64,000 nt of DNA, from positions 71,550,001-71,614,000 of the forward strand of contig NC_045696.1 of the NCBI RefSeq assembly GCF_009834535.1, written 5' to 3'. Within the stretch, counting starts at the first letter, position 1, and every line of letters begins with the position of its first letter. Under the pieces are notes generated by a model. The model saw only the letters and a list, made by a program, of their open reading frames with translations. It ran no database searches and had not been told where the DNA came from. Below are positions 11,445 to 25,512 of this stretch, piece by piece. Made by a program: the position numbers and the translations under genes. Source of the DNA: Camelus ferus (taxonomy: Eukaryota).

Positions 11445-11597
11445 CTCTCCACGAAGGCTGGAAACGGCCAGCAGTAGTGGACTGCAGCGGCGGCCCCCGC
11501 AGTCCCTTAGCGGCCGGCGGCGCTGCGCTCTCTCTGGCGCCGGCGTCTCCTCGAGCCACCAGTCTCTCCGCAGCTCACAACAAAGGAAACATGTGAC
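11445..11597 (-). other. KLHL24: Probable KLHL24 non-coding exon 1 (TSS near 11597; donor position uncertain)
   Basis: Minus strand GTCACATGTTTCCTTTGTTGTGAGCTGCGG...GGAGACGCCGGCGC resembles the recalled mRNA 5' end and lies just downstream of CCAAT/ZNF143/GC boxes. Nearest GT donor is GAG|GTACCC (GT at 11444-11443). Confidence 0.55.
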
Positions 11598-11740
11598 CGC
11601 CCGGGCCAAAACACTGAGCGTCACGGACCCCTGGCCAATCCGAGTGGGCGCCCCTGCCCCGGGGCACCCTGGGAGATGTAGTTCCCATTCTGGGGGTAGC
11701 CGCCAGGGCCGCTTTGGGTTTCCCGCTCTAGGGCGGGTTT
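11590..11740 (-). promoter_or_regulatory. TATA-less proximal promoter motifs: E-box GTCACATG (11590-11597), CRE-like TGAGCGTCA (11615-11623), CCAAT box (11635-11639), ZNF143/THAP11 motif (11669-11684), GC box (~11731)
   Basis: Motifs read directly. ctgggagatgtagtt reverse-complements to AACTACATCTCCCAG, matching ACTACAnnTCCCAG. Binding is not demonstrated. Confidence 0.65.
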
Positions 11741-12429
11741 TGGGTGCCAGGAGTGAGAGATCCAATCCAAGGAATGCTGATTCGGAAACACTTTATTTTA
11801 GGCAGAGGTAGGTTAAGGAAATGCATCCGTGTTAGGAGGCTAGTGAGAGACCTGAGTCGTATGTTTATTGCCACGTCCCAAGGCAAAAGCACATAACCAA
11901 GAATTCTCAGAACCCTGGAATTTGGGACTAGGCTTAGAGACCTTTTTATTTGACTCCTTCATATACAATCGGAAAATCTGAGGGCCTAAGAAGTGAAAGG
12001 GACTGAACCCTGGTAGCCAGACGGCACAGGGAAACCAGCTTTCTCTGTGAATCTGTTTCTGTCACTTGTATCATCCTGGGTTACCTTTTTATTTTAAACG
12101 TACATGCAAATCAGAAAAAGTTGTCGCAAATCCCTGTTTTCGGAGGCAGAGTCATCAAAGGACATTATTTTGTCTTTTTGTTTCTGCAAATATTTTTTCC
12201 AAGGTTGAGTATACCTCTAGATTTTGAAACATTTAACTAGTTTTTGGTTTCTGATATCAGAATTATAATTTCTCTTTCTTCCATACCTTATGAATATAGC
12301 CATGCCTTTGTTACATAAGGGCGTGTGTTCCTATGATCAGAGGTGTATATAGTATAGAAGGCTTGTGTCCAGGCCTTTTAGACATGCTTTTTGGTTCTCT
12401 TTTCCATCTGTTTTTTAAAAACGAAAATA

Positions 12430-12625
12430 CTTACCATTTATTGAATTTCTATTAAGCTCCAGACTCAGTGCTAGACACTTTTCATATATCCTTTACTCTT
12501 CATAATAACATAGCAAGATAGTGTTATTATCCCATTTTACAGGTAAATAAACTTAGCCACAGAAAGCATAAAGAGTTGGCCCTGGTCACTCAGTTATTAT
12601 GCGGTGAAGCTGGGGTTAACACATA
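12430..12625 (-). mobile_element. MIR SINE
   Basis: Core 'ttattatcccattttacaggtaaataaacttagccacagaaag'. Confidence 0.7.
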
Positions 12626-13386
12626 GATTTTTAAAAAATAACTTTTTTTATATTAATATAGGTACACAATTATCTTTCTAAAAAGTGTATTTACAAGGCT
12701 AAATATTACAAGTCTAGTAGTACAACAGTAGTCCTGTCTCCCACTCTTCTCATTCTTGATTCTCCAGAAGCAACCACTTTCAACTATTTGAGCTACTCTG
12801 ATATTTACATTTATCTTTCTGTATAATGTGTGGCTATTTCCTATTAAGGAAGCTGTCATCCCTATCCCCCATCCTTCCAATGTCATAAATTTCTGGTTAA
12901 ATAGTTAATGTTTATGTTATTAAGATTATGTATTTATTATTCAACTCTAAGTTAAACAACATGCAACTTCCTTTCTTGGGTGGCTTTTCATTTTTCCTGG
13001 AGTAGGCAGGCAGCTAAGCACCTGGTAGGTCTTCACTGCTGTCATAAAGTCCCAACTCCCTGACAGTACTTCTAAGGTTGTTCTGGATGGACCCTTGGGC
13101 CCACCTCTGCAGCCTGAACATCAGCCTCAATGAACTTCCCACAGTTGCTCAAAGTACTCTTGCTCCAGGCTATTCCCATCTGTATCCTGTTCCCTATGCC
13201 TCTTATGCCTCTTCCTTCCCTTCACCCCATTCACTCAGCTAGCTCCTGCTCTTCCTTCCAGGAGTCAGCCTGTGGGTCCTTTCTCTAGGAAACCCTCTAT
13301 TCCTCCTCATTGCCCTCTGGGCTAGGTATCTCCCTTCTGTCTTCCCACAGCAGCCCGTCCTTACCTCCTTTCCCAGCCCACATTTT

Positions 13387-13617
13387 CAGCTGACCCTTGA
13401 ACAACACAGGGGTTAGAGGCTCTGATCCTCTGTGCAGCTGAAAATCCTTGCGTAGTTTATAGTCGGTCCTCCACATACCCGGGTCCTCCGTATCCCTGGT
13501 TCCACATGCACAGATTCAACCAAACCTGGCTGGTGTAGTACTGTAGTATTTACTACTGAAAAAAACCCACATATAAGTGGATCTGTGCAGTTCAAGCCCT
13601 TGTTTAAGGGTCAACTG
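13387..13617. mobile_element. Tigger2-derived MITE (MER8-like) inserted in an L2 fragment
   Basis: Terminal inverted repeats cagctgacccttgaacaa...ttgtttaagggtcaactg followed by TA; ~230 bp. Confidence 0.85.
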
Positions 13618-15579
13618 TATTTGCATGCCTTTCCCAAATGAGTACTCTGTGAAACCCCTGAGGTCAAGGATCATGTCTTATTCATTTTGTGTTGCAGTAC
13701 ACATAGTAGATGTTCAATATGTGTCTGTTAACTGGTGGAGTGATCTCTACTTCTTGAGTTTAGGGGGACTTGAGAGAAAAAAGGTGCCACCAGACCCCCT
13801 GGGAGCCACTTGGGCTGGCCTGCAGGATAAGGTCCTCAGACTCTCCTGGGGCAGATGAGTACATGGTGATCAGTCACAACTCTGAGAGTGGAAGGGAGTG
13901 AGGGGACCCACAGGACAGCAGCCCTGGAGACAGGCAGGGGCCTCCTAGTGGGTCTGGGAGCTCCTCAGGCAGCCACCAGAATAAAGGTGGTTTCAGCATT
14001 GGTAAACCCTGGGAGTTATGCCTACCCCACAAATCAGTGACCCTGAGAGTTATGCTGACCCCTCAAACCAGTAAGTATGCCCACAGTCAGCCTTTTCCTC
14101 ATCTTGTACTGAAATAGAAGCAGAGCTGTCAAGTCCAGGGGCAGTCTGCTGAAACTGAGTGAGACTGTAACATGACTTATTTTATGCAGTGTTTACAGTC
14201 TGGGTCGGCTTGTCATTTGAAGGAGGCAGCTACTTGGAGTGAGCGGAGCCAGAGGGTCTTCAGATCTATTCCTCTCCTTTTTGGGATATAGCATATTGTT
14301 CCGTATTCTGTCTTGCAATACCACATGGAAGCCCTTGTTTTGCTCTCCAGAGCATCCTGACAGCTTTAAGATTTGAAGGTGGCCAAGCATCCATAGATCC
14401 TCCAGCCATTCTTTTTCTCTCTCCAGCCTGCTCCTCTTCCCTACGTAGACAACAGTTGGGACATAGTAAATCATCACTCAAACATACCGAACACTTTCCA
14501 CCCACCCTGCCTCTGCTCTAGGTCTCTTGCACCTGAAGTCCCCCTGTCCCTAATTGTAGTAGGAATATTTGCCATCCTTTAAGGCTCATCTCTGGTACCC
14601 CTTCTACTGTGGGGTCTTCTCTGAGTCTCTCCTCTCTCCCTCACCTGTTGGGAAGCTGTGCACACCTTCCACGCCCTTTAGAAGGTGGCACTCACACTGT
14701 GCTTATACCCAGCCCCTGAAAGCAGCGGGGTGCTTTGCCCAGCTATGGGCTCAGCACTTGGCGCTTCTCCCCTGCAACAAACCCCAGCTGCAAAGCACTG
14801 ACGAATGGCTATTTTCCTGAAGATTTCACAAGGAGACAATTACATGGCATCTTATACTGCAAAACTCCACGATTCCCTTTAAATATCTCAGCTCCCTCAC
14901 CTCAGCTCCTCCCTTGGTACCAGCTCTTCCTCTTTTCCCACCACACACCCTGTCTCTGGGCCTCTCTCCACCCACAAACTTGGGTCTCCTCCCTTTCCAT
15001 AATCTCTGCCACCTTCTTCCTAGACAATTCCCTCTACCTCTCCACTCCCTAATCTTTTTCAGTAATTTGCATTTTCATACTCATCACCTTTCAAACAAGA
15101 GAATTCCATTCTTCAGAGACAGAGAATATCAGAAATAACAAATTATCTCAGCCCACTCCACCCCTATCCTGTTTTCCTCCACAGACATATTAAACAGCTC
15201 AGCAAGCCTGTTACACTATACCTCCTCAGAGTGTTGAGTGAAGGCAAGAGTGAACACAATCCACTATTTGCTCATGGCATCTGAGCCTCTCCAGTCTTGA
15301 GGTCCACCCCTTCCTGCCCTTTTCTGGTGCGGGAAGATGTGACACCTCTCTGTAGCTCTTTTGGATGCAGAGGTCTGACTCTGGCTCTGTAGTTACCAAG
15401 AAATGTTGTCTCACCCCAGCCCAGACAGTGCCCCACTAGACTAGCTAAAGTTTGGGGTCAAACATGGTAGCATTTAACAAGGGTTTAACAAGGAAAGACA
15501 TAGTTGGAAAAATTTCCATTTTGAGATCTGGAAAAGGAGGTAAGTGTCATCTGGAACGTGAGCTCTGTCCCCCCCCAGC

Positions 15580-15709
15580 TTTTCTTTTTCTTGGTAGGGG
15601 GAGATTTATTAGATTTTTTAGTTTATTCTTAGAAGAGGTACCAGGGATTGAACCGAGGACCTGATGCCTGCTAAGCATACACTTTACCACTTGAGCTAAA
15701 CCCTCTTCC
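15580..15709 (-). mobile_element. tRNA-derived SINE (camelid Vic-1 type), long form
   Basis: Reverse complement begins ggaagagggtttagctcaagtggtaaagtg...tcctcggttcaatccctggtacctc (A and B boxes), then an A-rich tail. Confidence 0.85.
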
Positions 15710-16924
15710 TTGAACTTTTCCTTCTGAAACAGTAAGTGCTTCTCCTGGGGGTGGGGTGAGTGGGATGGCAGTCCTTGCTTTGTTTTTGAAACCATCCTTC
15801 ACAGGTTGAAGTCAATGAAATGCCAGAAATCAGTATCTCAATGGCCTTGGATCCTGTTTGTGACCAAAGTTGCCATGCTAGATGCAGGTAAGGATGACTG
15901 GGCATCACCACGAGCCCTGGGCTCTGACTTCAGGGGACTGAGACATACTTGTATCTTCTCTACATGTGATGCCCGTCCCTGTTCTCTTCATTCTTCTGCC
16001 CCAAGCACACCTGATATCACCTCCCTCTCTTCTTAATTACTTTTCAGTAGTGAGAATTCAGGGGTCCCCTCTGGTCTCAGAAGAAACCTGAGTTTTGGAA
16101 ACATTTTGTCATAAATTACTCCTGCCCTGACTGCTCTATGTAGGCCTGATCCTCCAAGGGACACCTCATAGCACCTTTTCACATGACTTGCTGCAAAACC
16201 CTCTCAGGTATGAACACATATGGAAAGTGTCTTCTCCTGCTCATGACATCTGGTCACAAGCTTAGGCCAGTTTAAAATATGACCATAACCCACTCCTAGG
16301 GTTGCTCAGCAGCCTGTTCCACAGACAGCTGTGTGTCCATATGGAATTCTGCTGCTGGTCCCAGTGGACTTGGACTTCATCTCCAGTTTCTTGCCGCTCC
16401 GTGACATTTAGGAGGTATGTACTGATTCCAACTTGATCTTCCTCTGCTGTCCCTGGCTCTGTTCTTCTTTCAAATACCTGTAGTTTCTGAGGCTGTGTCT
16501 TGTCCATCTGTGGTTCCCTTTTGCTTGATGGGCAGCTCTCCCAGTAATCCTTCAGCAGGTATGGAAGGGCTGGGCCTGTCCATGAATGTCTGCAGCAGGT
16601 ATCTCCTGTTCTTGAAAGAACCCATCCAATTTCTTAAGAAATTGTGTTGGTTGAGGCTGGCATACCAATCTCCAGCCCAAGAATTCTCAGTTTAGTAAGC
16701 TCCCCTGACGCTGTGCTCATCAGATACTCTGCCTGAAGTGTCCATTTCGAACAGTGTAATGTCCCCAAAGCTTTAATGCAGATCTCAGACTAATTCCCAT
16801 ACACTGCTAATCCAGGACCACCCTAATCTGTACTGTGTGACTTTTCACTCCCTTACATACTTTGACACTTTGACAGTTGTGATCTCTGTCGCCCCATAAA
16901 GACTTGAAATCTAAGTATTTCCAG

Positions 16925-17135
16925 CAGAGCTTTAGCCTTGAAAAGTCTAGGTTCAAATTTAGCTTTGTTTCTTACTAGCTGTATATCCTTGGGTAAATTA
17001 CTTAATTTTTCTCTGTTTTCTCATCTGTAAAAATGAGGATAAAAACACCCACCTCATAGAATTGTTATGAGAATGAAAAAAATAGAGTGCATGGGATACA
17101 GGAAGTGCTCGATAACAACCAAAATGATCCCTGTT
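16925..17135 (+). mobile_element. MIR SINE
   Basis: 'ggttcaaat...ccttgggtaaattacttaa...tctgttttctcatctgtaaaaatgaggataa'. Confidence 0.75.
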
Positions 17136-18439
17136 GTTATTATTGTCCCCTCCCCACCGAGCTGTGTCCTTCCCTTTAGGAGACGGAAAGAAGGAAAGAA
17201 AGGAAGAGTAAAAGAACATAACCTCTATTATCTAGAATTAATAAACAAGTCTGAAGAAATGGAGTGATTTAGAAAACCTAGAAACCAAAGCCAGCCTTTC
17301 TGAACACTCCCAGGGTCCTGTCCTCTAATTTCTTTTGTCTTTCCCAATGGGCATTTATAAGATGAAAAAAGAGAGAGAGAGACTGCCCACAAGATGTAGA
17401 AAAGCAGTTTGCCTCTGCTAGTTAAATATCCACACTCAAGGCCACACCACTGATCTTAAACCATGGTTGCCTTTGAGGTGCAGACGAAGGGACTAAAAGA
17501 GTTTGAGGGAGAACTGCTTCTTTCAGTCAGTTTTTGACTAAAAATACCCCAAAACTATACACATATATACACTTCTCAAATTAAAAAAAATGTTTTAAAA
17601 AGTCCTTGCCTGACTAATGTGATTAAAATAAGCACCTGTGTTAACTGTTCTGCAGCCTCCTTCGCTTCCAGCCCCAGATCTCTCTGTGCTGGCCTAGAAA
17701 ACAGTGAGGGCTCCCAGGTCACCAGCGCACAGGGACAGACACTCTTGACCCTGCTTGTGACAGCATCGCAAACACATGCCTGACATACTTTAAAAAGGCT
17801 GCCTTGTTCTATTACTGGTACATGAAAGTTTTGCTCCGGTAGCAAATCTCTAAATTTAGATGCTTTTCAGGATGAACTCCGAATGATCTTTGTCCCCAGC
17901 ACGAGTAAGGAATCAGAGGGCACCTTGCTTTTTATTCATTATTCAAATGCCAGAGTTGATGTTTTGTAATGCAAAACTTTTGAAGATTGCCATATTAATG
18001 GAAAATAAAACAAGCACAAGGGAGTAGCTTTCTCTTTTTGCAGTGCTCATAGAAATTTTACCGTGGGATCCTTTATTTTCCCCCTTTAGTTGCAAATCAT
18101 TGCTATGTTATAGTAATACACCATAATAATACTTTGCATAGTCAGGTGAAATAAAAACAAATTCAGGGTAAAAATTCTTATCCTGGTAACTCTGTGGAGG
18201 TGTTTAAAATGAATGCAATTTAGGAATTTGGTTCTCATATAATGTCAAGATTCTTAAATGTTGCCATTTTAATTGAAGAAAAGACAATGTCACTAATAAG
18301 AAGACTTTAAGGAGTACTGAATTTACTTTTTTTTTTTAAAGTGGTTGTGATATTTACTTATTTTGAATTTAGTTTAATGGAGAACCAGATCCTTGAAAGA
18401 CCAGTCCCAACAGGGTATTTTTTTTTTTGTACAGCCAAG

Positions 18440-19410
<971 letters not shown>

Positions 19411-21349
19411 ATACCCAACAGTGTATCTTTATGAAGATTCAAGAAGGTAACTTGGATTCAGATGGACTGGGTTCAGATCCTGACTCCGCTACCGCTAAGA
19501 GGGTGACAGTAGATGGTTTATTTAACTGCTCCAATGCTCAGCTTCTTTGTGTGAAATCTAATAATACCTTCTTATTATGAGAATTAAATGACTGCTTATA
19601 AAAAGAGCACATAGGCCTCCATAAATGTTAAGTATTATTCAGTTAGGACATAACTGGTAAGTATTATTTTGTCAGGGTATAATGATGAGTACTATTAGGA
19701 CAGGACATAACAGTGCATTGACAAATCCTAGTAAAGGAAGATTCTTCCTGTTTAACAAGGAGCAGCTTGGTTAATGGAAAAAACGCACAGAAAAGAGCAG
19801 GATTCTGGGGATCCCTGACATATCTTACTCAGTAACCCTGGACAAATCACCTAATCCCCTTGGGTCCCCGGTTTCTCATCTCTAAAAGGAGCACCATGAA
19901 GATGTTTAGCTAAACTGTTTCTAAAGGTCTGTCTAGTTTTGGAAGTACAGGAAGTTTGTGTATTTTTGATTGAAAGGACTTCAGTGGAAAAGTTCTTTTG
20001 GTTTAGCGAGCTACCCAAATCAGGACGTTCCTGGGGGCACACAGAATTCTTTGGGAGGGAATCGGGTGGCTATAAGAGGCCACAAATAACCAGAAATCAG
20101 GTTCTAGCTCTGGGAGTGAAAAGCCTGCTTGACAGGCTAATGGGATTTGGGGAGGACACAGCTGCTTCCTTTGGGATCTAACTGAACTCAGTTCCTCCAC
20201 TGAACCTTTAAAACAGCTCTCCCACTCCTAAAGCAACACCCTCCACAAAGCCTTTCCCAGGTGGGTCCCGGGACCAGCACCTCCTTCCCAGCAATCTGAC
20301 TCCTAAGGGAGAGCCCCTAGCCAACCTCCCCTCCTTCCAAGTCACCCCACTCCTGGGCTTCACCTCAGTTTAACCTGCTCACAGCCCTTCTTGTGGGACT
20401 CATTAGATGCCCCTGCCCCCAATTCAGCCCCCAGATCTTTCTATTTTTAGCTCCCAATTCAGGGACTTTTGGGAGTAAACAGTCACATGCGCTAGGGAAT
20501 TTATGACATTACTGGCTTGCACTCTCTCTTACATTCTCATTAATAATCCCTTGCTTTAAAAAGAAGAAATGAGTAATTTTTAAAGTTTCCTTCTTCCAAA
20601 TTTAAAACTATTACATGCCAACTGTTGAATACTTCACAATGGATAAAGAAGAAATTGGATACCATCTATGTTCAACCCAGAGAGCTACTGTTAACAATAT
20701 ATTTTCAATCTTTTGTTTCTTTTTATTTATAGTGTATCCATAGCTATTCATACTTGTTTTTGCTTATTGAGTTAATACTATACATGCAAAATAAACTCAT
20801 ATATTAACATTTAGTTGGTGGCTTTCTATTTCCTTCTCTCTGATCTGTCTTGATCTTCCACCTCTTGGCAGTCCCAAAGACACTGCCCTGCAGCTTGGAA
20901 CTAGCTTGCATCAGCATGTTATTACTAAATATTGAGATGAGTTAGAGTTTTGTATGCTAAAAAAGATGTCTCCTCAAATTGAAGGTGATTTAGACTCATT
21001 AACCCTGCAGACATGAATCCCAGGAAATTTATTTTTGATGTTTTTTGGGTTTCGTAGCATACAGTTACTTCCAGTGTTCCCTTATGTTTAATTTTTAAAT
21101 TTCTCCCTTTCATTTTTAAAAAAGAAATTTGCAATAAAGTTAAAAGAAATCTTTCATTAAAATATTATTAATAATGCCATTATGCTATCAATACAACTAT
21201 TTAAACATTTAAAATACATTTCTCACAGGCTCAGAATTTGCTTACATACTATTATATGTATTTTTTCTTAACATGGTATTAGGAATATTTTCCATAGTGT
21301 ATTAAGTCCACCCAATTAGCTGTTTTCATTGACTTTTCATTAGTAATGA

Positions 21350-21560
21350 TAACAGTAATGGCCAACAGTTACTGAGCACTATTCTAGGTGTTTGTTAAGT
21401 GCTTTACCTGCACTATCTTATTTAATCTCCACAAAAGCACTGTGATGTAGCAACTATTAGTAGCTAGCCCCATTTTACAAATGGGAAGACTGAGATTCAG
21501 AAATATTGCCTAAAAACTGGGGCTTAGAAAAATCTGACTCTGAGTTCTGTGCTCCTTATG
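21350..21560 (-). mobile_element. MIR SINE
   Basis: 'ttactgagcact...tttaatctccacaa...cccattttacaaatgggaagactgag'. Confidence 0.7.
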
Positions 21561-22190
21561 AACTATTATACAGTTCTTTTTGCTCCGTAATGTGCCTTGG
21601 TAGATGTGCTAATCTTTGTTCAACTACGCCCTTGGTTTTGAATACTTAGGTAGCAGCCAGGTTTTTTTTAAAACCCAATTTTTGATAACTCTGCAATGAA
21701 CCTCTTTCTGCGTATAGATTTTTGCTTCCACTGCATGATTTCCTTATGGTTAGTTCTCAGAAGTGGAACAGGAAGATAATTTCAGTCAAAGGGACCTTGT
21801 TGGAGGAGCTGTTGGGAGAAGACAAGGAGAATTTATTCAGCTCTTTTGCCACAGGCTCTGTTCCTGAGCCCCACACTATGGAGTAGGAGGAGGGGGAGAT
21901 GTAGGGAGACTGAGCCACTGAGGAATCTGGTCCCTTTAGGGCTGTGTTTGGTGCCTCTCCTGTCATGGAACCCCCGACTTCCTCTTATCATGATGTTTAT
22001 TAAAGACACTTAAACTTGTCTCATTATGTTACCTCCACTTAAATACAAGGACTATCTGTTTTCCTTCTTTGTATCCCAGGGCTTAATATAGTAGTCAGAA
22101 CACGGCAAGTGCTTAATAGATGCTCCTTGAGTGAATAAGTGAAGGAGAGAGAAAGAAAACCTCTCAACTGTGAGCTGCAGTTGAATTAAC

Positions 22191-22730
22191 TGTGATAGTT
22201 AAGATCAATACCTAGTCAGGGTGGATATTAAGCATCAGGGTGGGTTAAGTCTTTTTATTTTGATGCTTTTTGGGCCTTGCTGACACTAGAAGGTGCTGTC
22301 CCTCCCAGGGTTAGCAAATTCCTATGGAGAGCAAACAACTCCCCTGAGAGTTTCATATGCAATCCAACCAATCCAAGACCATACCCCAACCACCTGCTTT
22401 ATCAGCTGCTCACAAGACTCTCCCCTTTGGGCCACTTCCTCTGTCCTAATTGCCCCAGATCTAGGTACCTGACAGCTAGGGACAGCCCCTCTGCCCCAGA
22501 GTCTGCTGAAATTATTCCAACAAGCCAATCCTAAACCTGCTTACCCGGCCTCACATATTCCTTCCTCTAAAAAGCATGATAAAGGTTCTTGTCGTTGTTT
22601 TCCACTCTCTTCCTCTGCCCCATTATTGACCCTAGTGCTTCCTCATGTGGCCATATGTGGCATGATGTGTCGCCTCCTTTTGGGAACTGTGAGTAACAAA
22701 CTAACCGTTCAATGGCAATCATCTCACAGG
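22191..22730 (+). mobile_element. ERV1 solo LTR (MER39/MER21-like)
   Basis: Begins tgtgata; contains 'cctcccagggttagcaaattccta', 'catatgcaatccaaccaatccaagaccatacccc' and 'gggaactgtgagtaacaaac'. Confidence 0.7.
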
Positions 22731-23189
22731 CTGACTTCACTATACTTGAAAAATGATGAAACCTACATTTTAAAACAGGTACCAAAGTTGACAATGACTG
22801 AAATGATGGTGGGTGAAACATTGTGACAATGTATTGGAACAGTAGGTCTGCAAGATGTAACTGATAGTAATAGTTGCATAACTAACAGGTTATAATGGTT
22901 AAAAGCCAGAGAGAAGACATGATAATTATGATAATTAGTAGCAATAATAATCACACAAACCTTACAGAGCACTTTTATAATCTTAATAAGGAATAATAAT
23001 CTCACTGTTTTATAGATTTCTTTCCTACATATTATCTAATTTGCTTCTCACAACACATAACTTCTAGATAATAGTATTATCCTGTCTGATTACAGAATGT
23101 GCTAGGCCTTCTGGTAAGTTCACAGAAACAGAAATAAAACTGAATATCACCAGATATTCTACATTGAGGAAACTGAAGCCCCATGAGGG

Positions 23190-23609
23190 TGTGGTTAGTT
23201 TTAAGTGTCAACTTGATTGGACCATGGGGTACCCAGACACTTGGTCAAACATTATTTCTGGCTGTGTTTGTGGAGTGTTTCTGGATGAGATTACTGTTTG
23301 ACTCTGTCGACTAAATAAGGCAGACTGTACTTCTCAGTGTGGGTGGGCTTCACCCAATTGTTTGAAGACCTGAATAGAGCAAAAAGTGAAAGGGATTTGT
23401 GTTCTGCCTGATTGTCTTTGAGCTGGGACATCAGTCTTCTCCTGCCATTGGGACAGACTTGGACTGGAACTATACTGTTCATTGGTTCCCCTTGCTCTCC
23501 AGCTTATCAACTGCAGATCTTGGGGCTTCTTAGCCTCCATAATTGTGTGAGCCAATTCCGTACAATAATTTCCCTTGTTTCTGGTCTCTGGGGAACCCAG
23601 ACTATTACA
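23190..23609 (+). mobile_element. MLT2 (ERVL) solo LTR
   Basis: tgtggttagttttaagtgtcaacttgattgg start and tctctggggaacccagactattaca end (TG...CA). Confidence 0.85.
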
Positions 23610-25483
23610 GAAGGGAAAGAAATCTGACCTTGTCTGGCCCCATCCCTCCTAACTGAAGTCATAGATATCCTCTGCTGGCTAAACCCATCCTAATTTAGAA
23701 GCCCTCTCAGAGCCCAGCAGGAGGCAGGGCAGAGCCCCAGCAGCTGGTGGGCTGGGGATCAGTTTCTAAGGCTCCCTTCCCATTGAGGTCTGACTGATGC
23801 CCCTTGGTTACCACCCAAGGTCCATCCCCTTTGCCTTAGGCCAGAGCTAAGCCAAGACCCGAGGATGGGTCCTCTTACTTCTGCCCACAACACTCACAAC
23901 AGCATCTGTCAAAGTACCTGAGACAGTACCTGAGAAGGACTTGGCCCTTCTGTAGGGTAGCTGCCTTCACATCCCTGGGATGCCAAGCTGGCTTTGACTT
24001 GGGAACCCAAGAAAGGGATCAAGGTCACCTCAGGTTTCAAGACAGGGGCTTGGTTACAAACCTTTGGCAGGTTTAGAGTGGAACTGGCCACAAGACTAGG
24101 ATACAGAGGCCAGAATTATTGGTCCAGTCACCCCAAATTGCCCAGGAATGAAATTTGCCCTAAAGTGTAAGGTGAATTTGCAGCCTGGAGAGAGGTAAAG
24201 TGTAAAACCTTGCAGAGCAGGGAGCCATGCAGTGCTGCTGGAGACCTTTCCCTCTGCTTATTTCATCAGTTCCCAACCTTTATTAAAGAAACACTGGGAG
24301 CTTTTTGATGGGTCTGACTCCACTTGGAATCAGAGAATTTCTATTTGAGAAGTAATGTAATGGTAACAGCAGAGCTTGGTGGAAAAAGAGAGGCGGTGGC
24401 AAGTGCAGACAGAGAGATAGAATTAGCAAAAATGAAGAGCACTTGAATTGTCTGAACTAGTTTCTGTGCTTTTAACCATAGCCAGGGGCTGCTCAAACTC
24501 TTGCTGATGTCACCACCAGAAATAAAATCTGACTCCTCCTCTGCATCACGGCATTCACTAACAAAATATTGTGTCTATCTGTGTGCAAAGGACAGGACGG
24601 AGAACAGGTGCAAGGGTGCTGGCTGGGTGGGTGACCAGCAGAGGCAAAGAGCAGGGAGTCAGGGGCTTGATAGAAGCCGAGGGCTGGGTCACCAATGTTC
24701 TCAGACAGGATCCGGATGAGCTGTGGGCATAAAGAGGCATTAGATCAGCAAACAATCAGAGGGAAGCAAGGTTCTCTGGTTTATAAAGAGATTCTGAACC
24801 AGAGGAGTGGATAAAGCAGAAATGGAGGCTGGAAGTCTGAGACAGCACCAGGAAATTTCCAAATTTCCCTGAGAGGAGGTCATAGTCCTCCTTGGATTGG
24901 GTTTTTTAAAAACAGAAATTGAATTAATTTTACTTAATCAGGGAGGGCTCAGGTTTTTACAACTTAAATTTAATTGAATTTTATATATAGCTGCACCTAC
25001 AGGATAGTCTTTCTAGGCTTTCAGGGGACCAGACCTCTCAGGGAAGCCCAATGCCCTCCTGCATCCTCATGTCCCCAGAGGCCCATGACAGATGGCAGGC
25101 TGTGTCTTTGGGCAGAGGAGATTCATTTGAGCATCAGGGATCGTCTTTGGATTTTTCCTTCAGTATCCAGCCTCCCACCTCTTGGGATGGGAAGAAGGGG
25201 TAGAATTATAGAAAATATAGATAGCAGTATAAAGAAATGGAATGAGCCACCCACAATTCCACTCTTCAGAGACAATCACTCTGCTTCTGCATCTGTGCAG
25301 TGGGCGTAATTATTCTAACAGATATATTAGATGAGGGAGACGCTATTTTAACATTTTGGTATATTTCCTCCTACTCTTTTCGTTAAGCATTTAAAAATTG
25401 GAAGTGCACTGTATATATAATTTCCCCCCACTTTTTTCCTTAGTAAATAGTATGACTATTCTCATGGTCACAAATATACTCTG

Positions 25484-25512
25484 CGTGTGTGTATGTGTGT
25501 GTGTGTGTGTGT
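25484..25512. repeat. (TG)n microsatellite
   Basis: cgtgtgtgtatgtgtgtgtgtgtgtgtgt. Confidence 0.9.

Larger units (their letters stand above)
10190..11750. promoter_or_regulatory. CpG island spanning the KLHL24 promoter, exon 1 and the start of intron 1
   Basis: Abrupt switch from AT-rich, CpG-depleted sequence to very GC-rich sequence with dense CpG (gcgcgcg, ccgcgg, cggccg) over ~1.5 kb. Confidence 0.95.

Noticed and set aside
10110..11811. Many overlapping 70-216 aa ORFs on both strands
   Set aside because: Pro/Arg/Gly/Ala-rich, mostly non-ATG starts; expected from stop-codon scarcity in a CpG island; no recognisable domain.
23713..23730. CTCF-like motif ccagcaggaggcag
   Set aside because: Mismatch in the core and no supporting context; such matches are common by chance.
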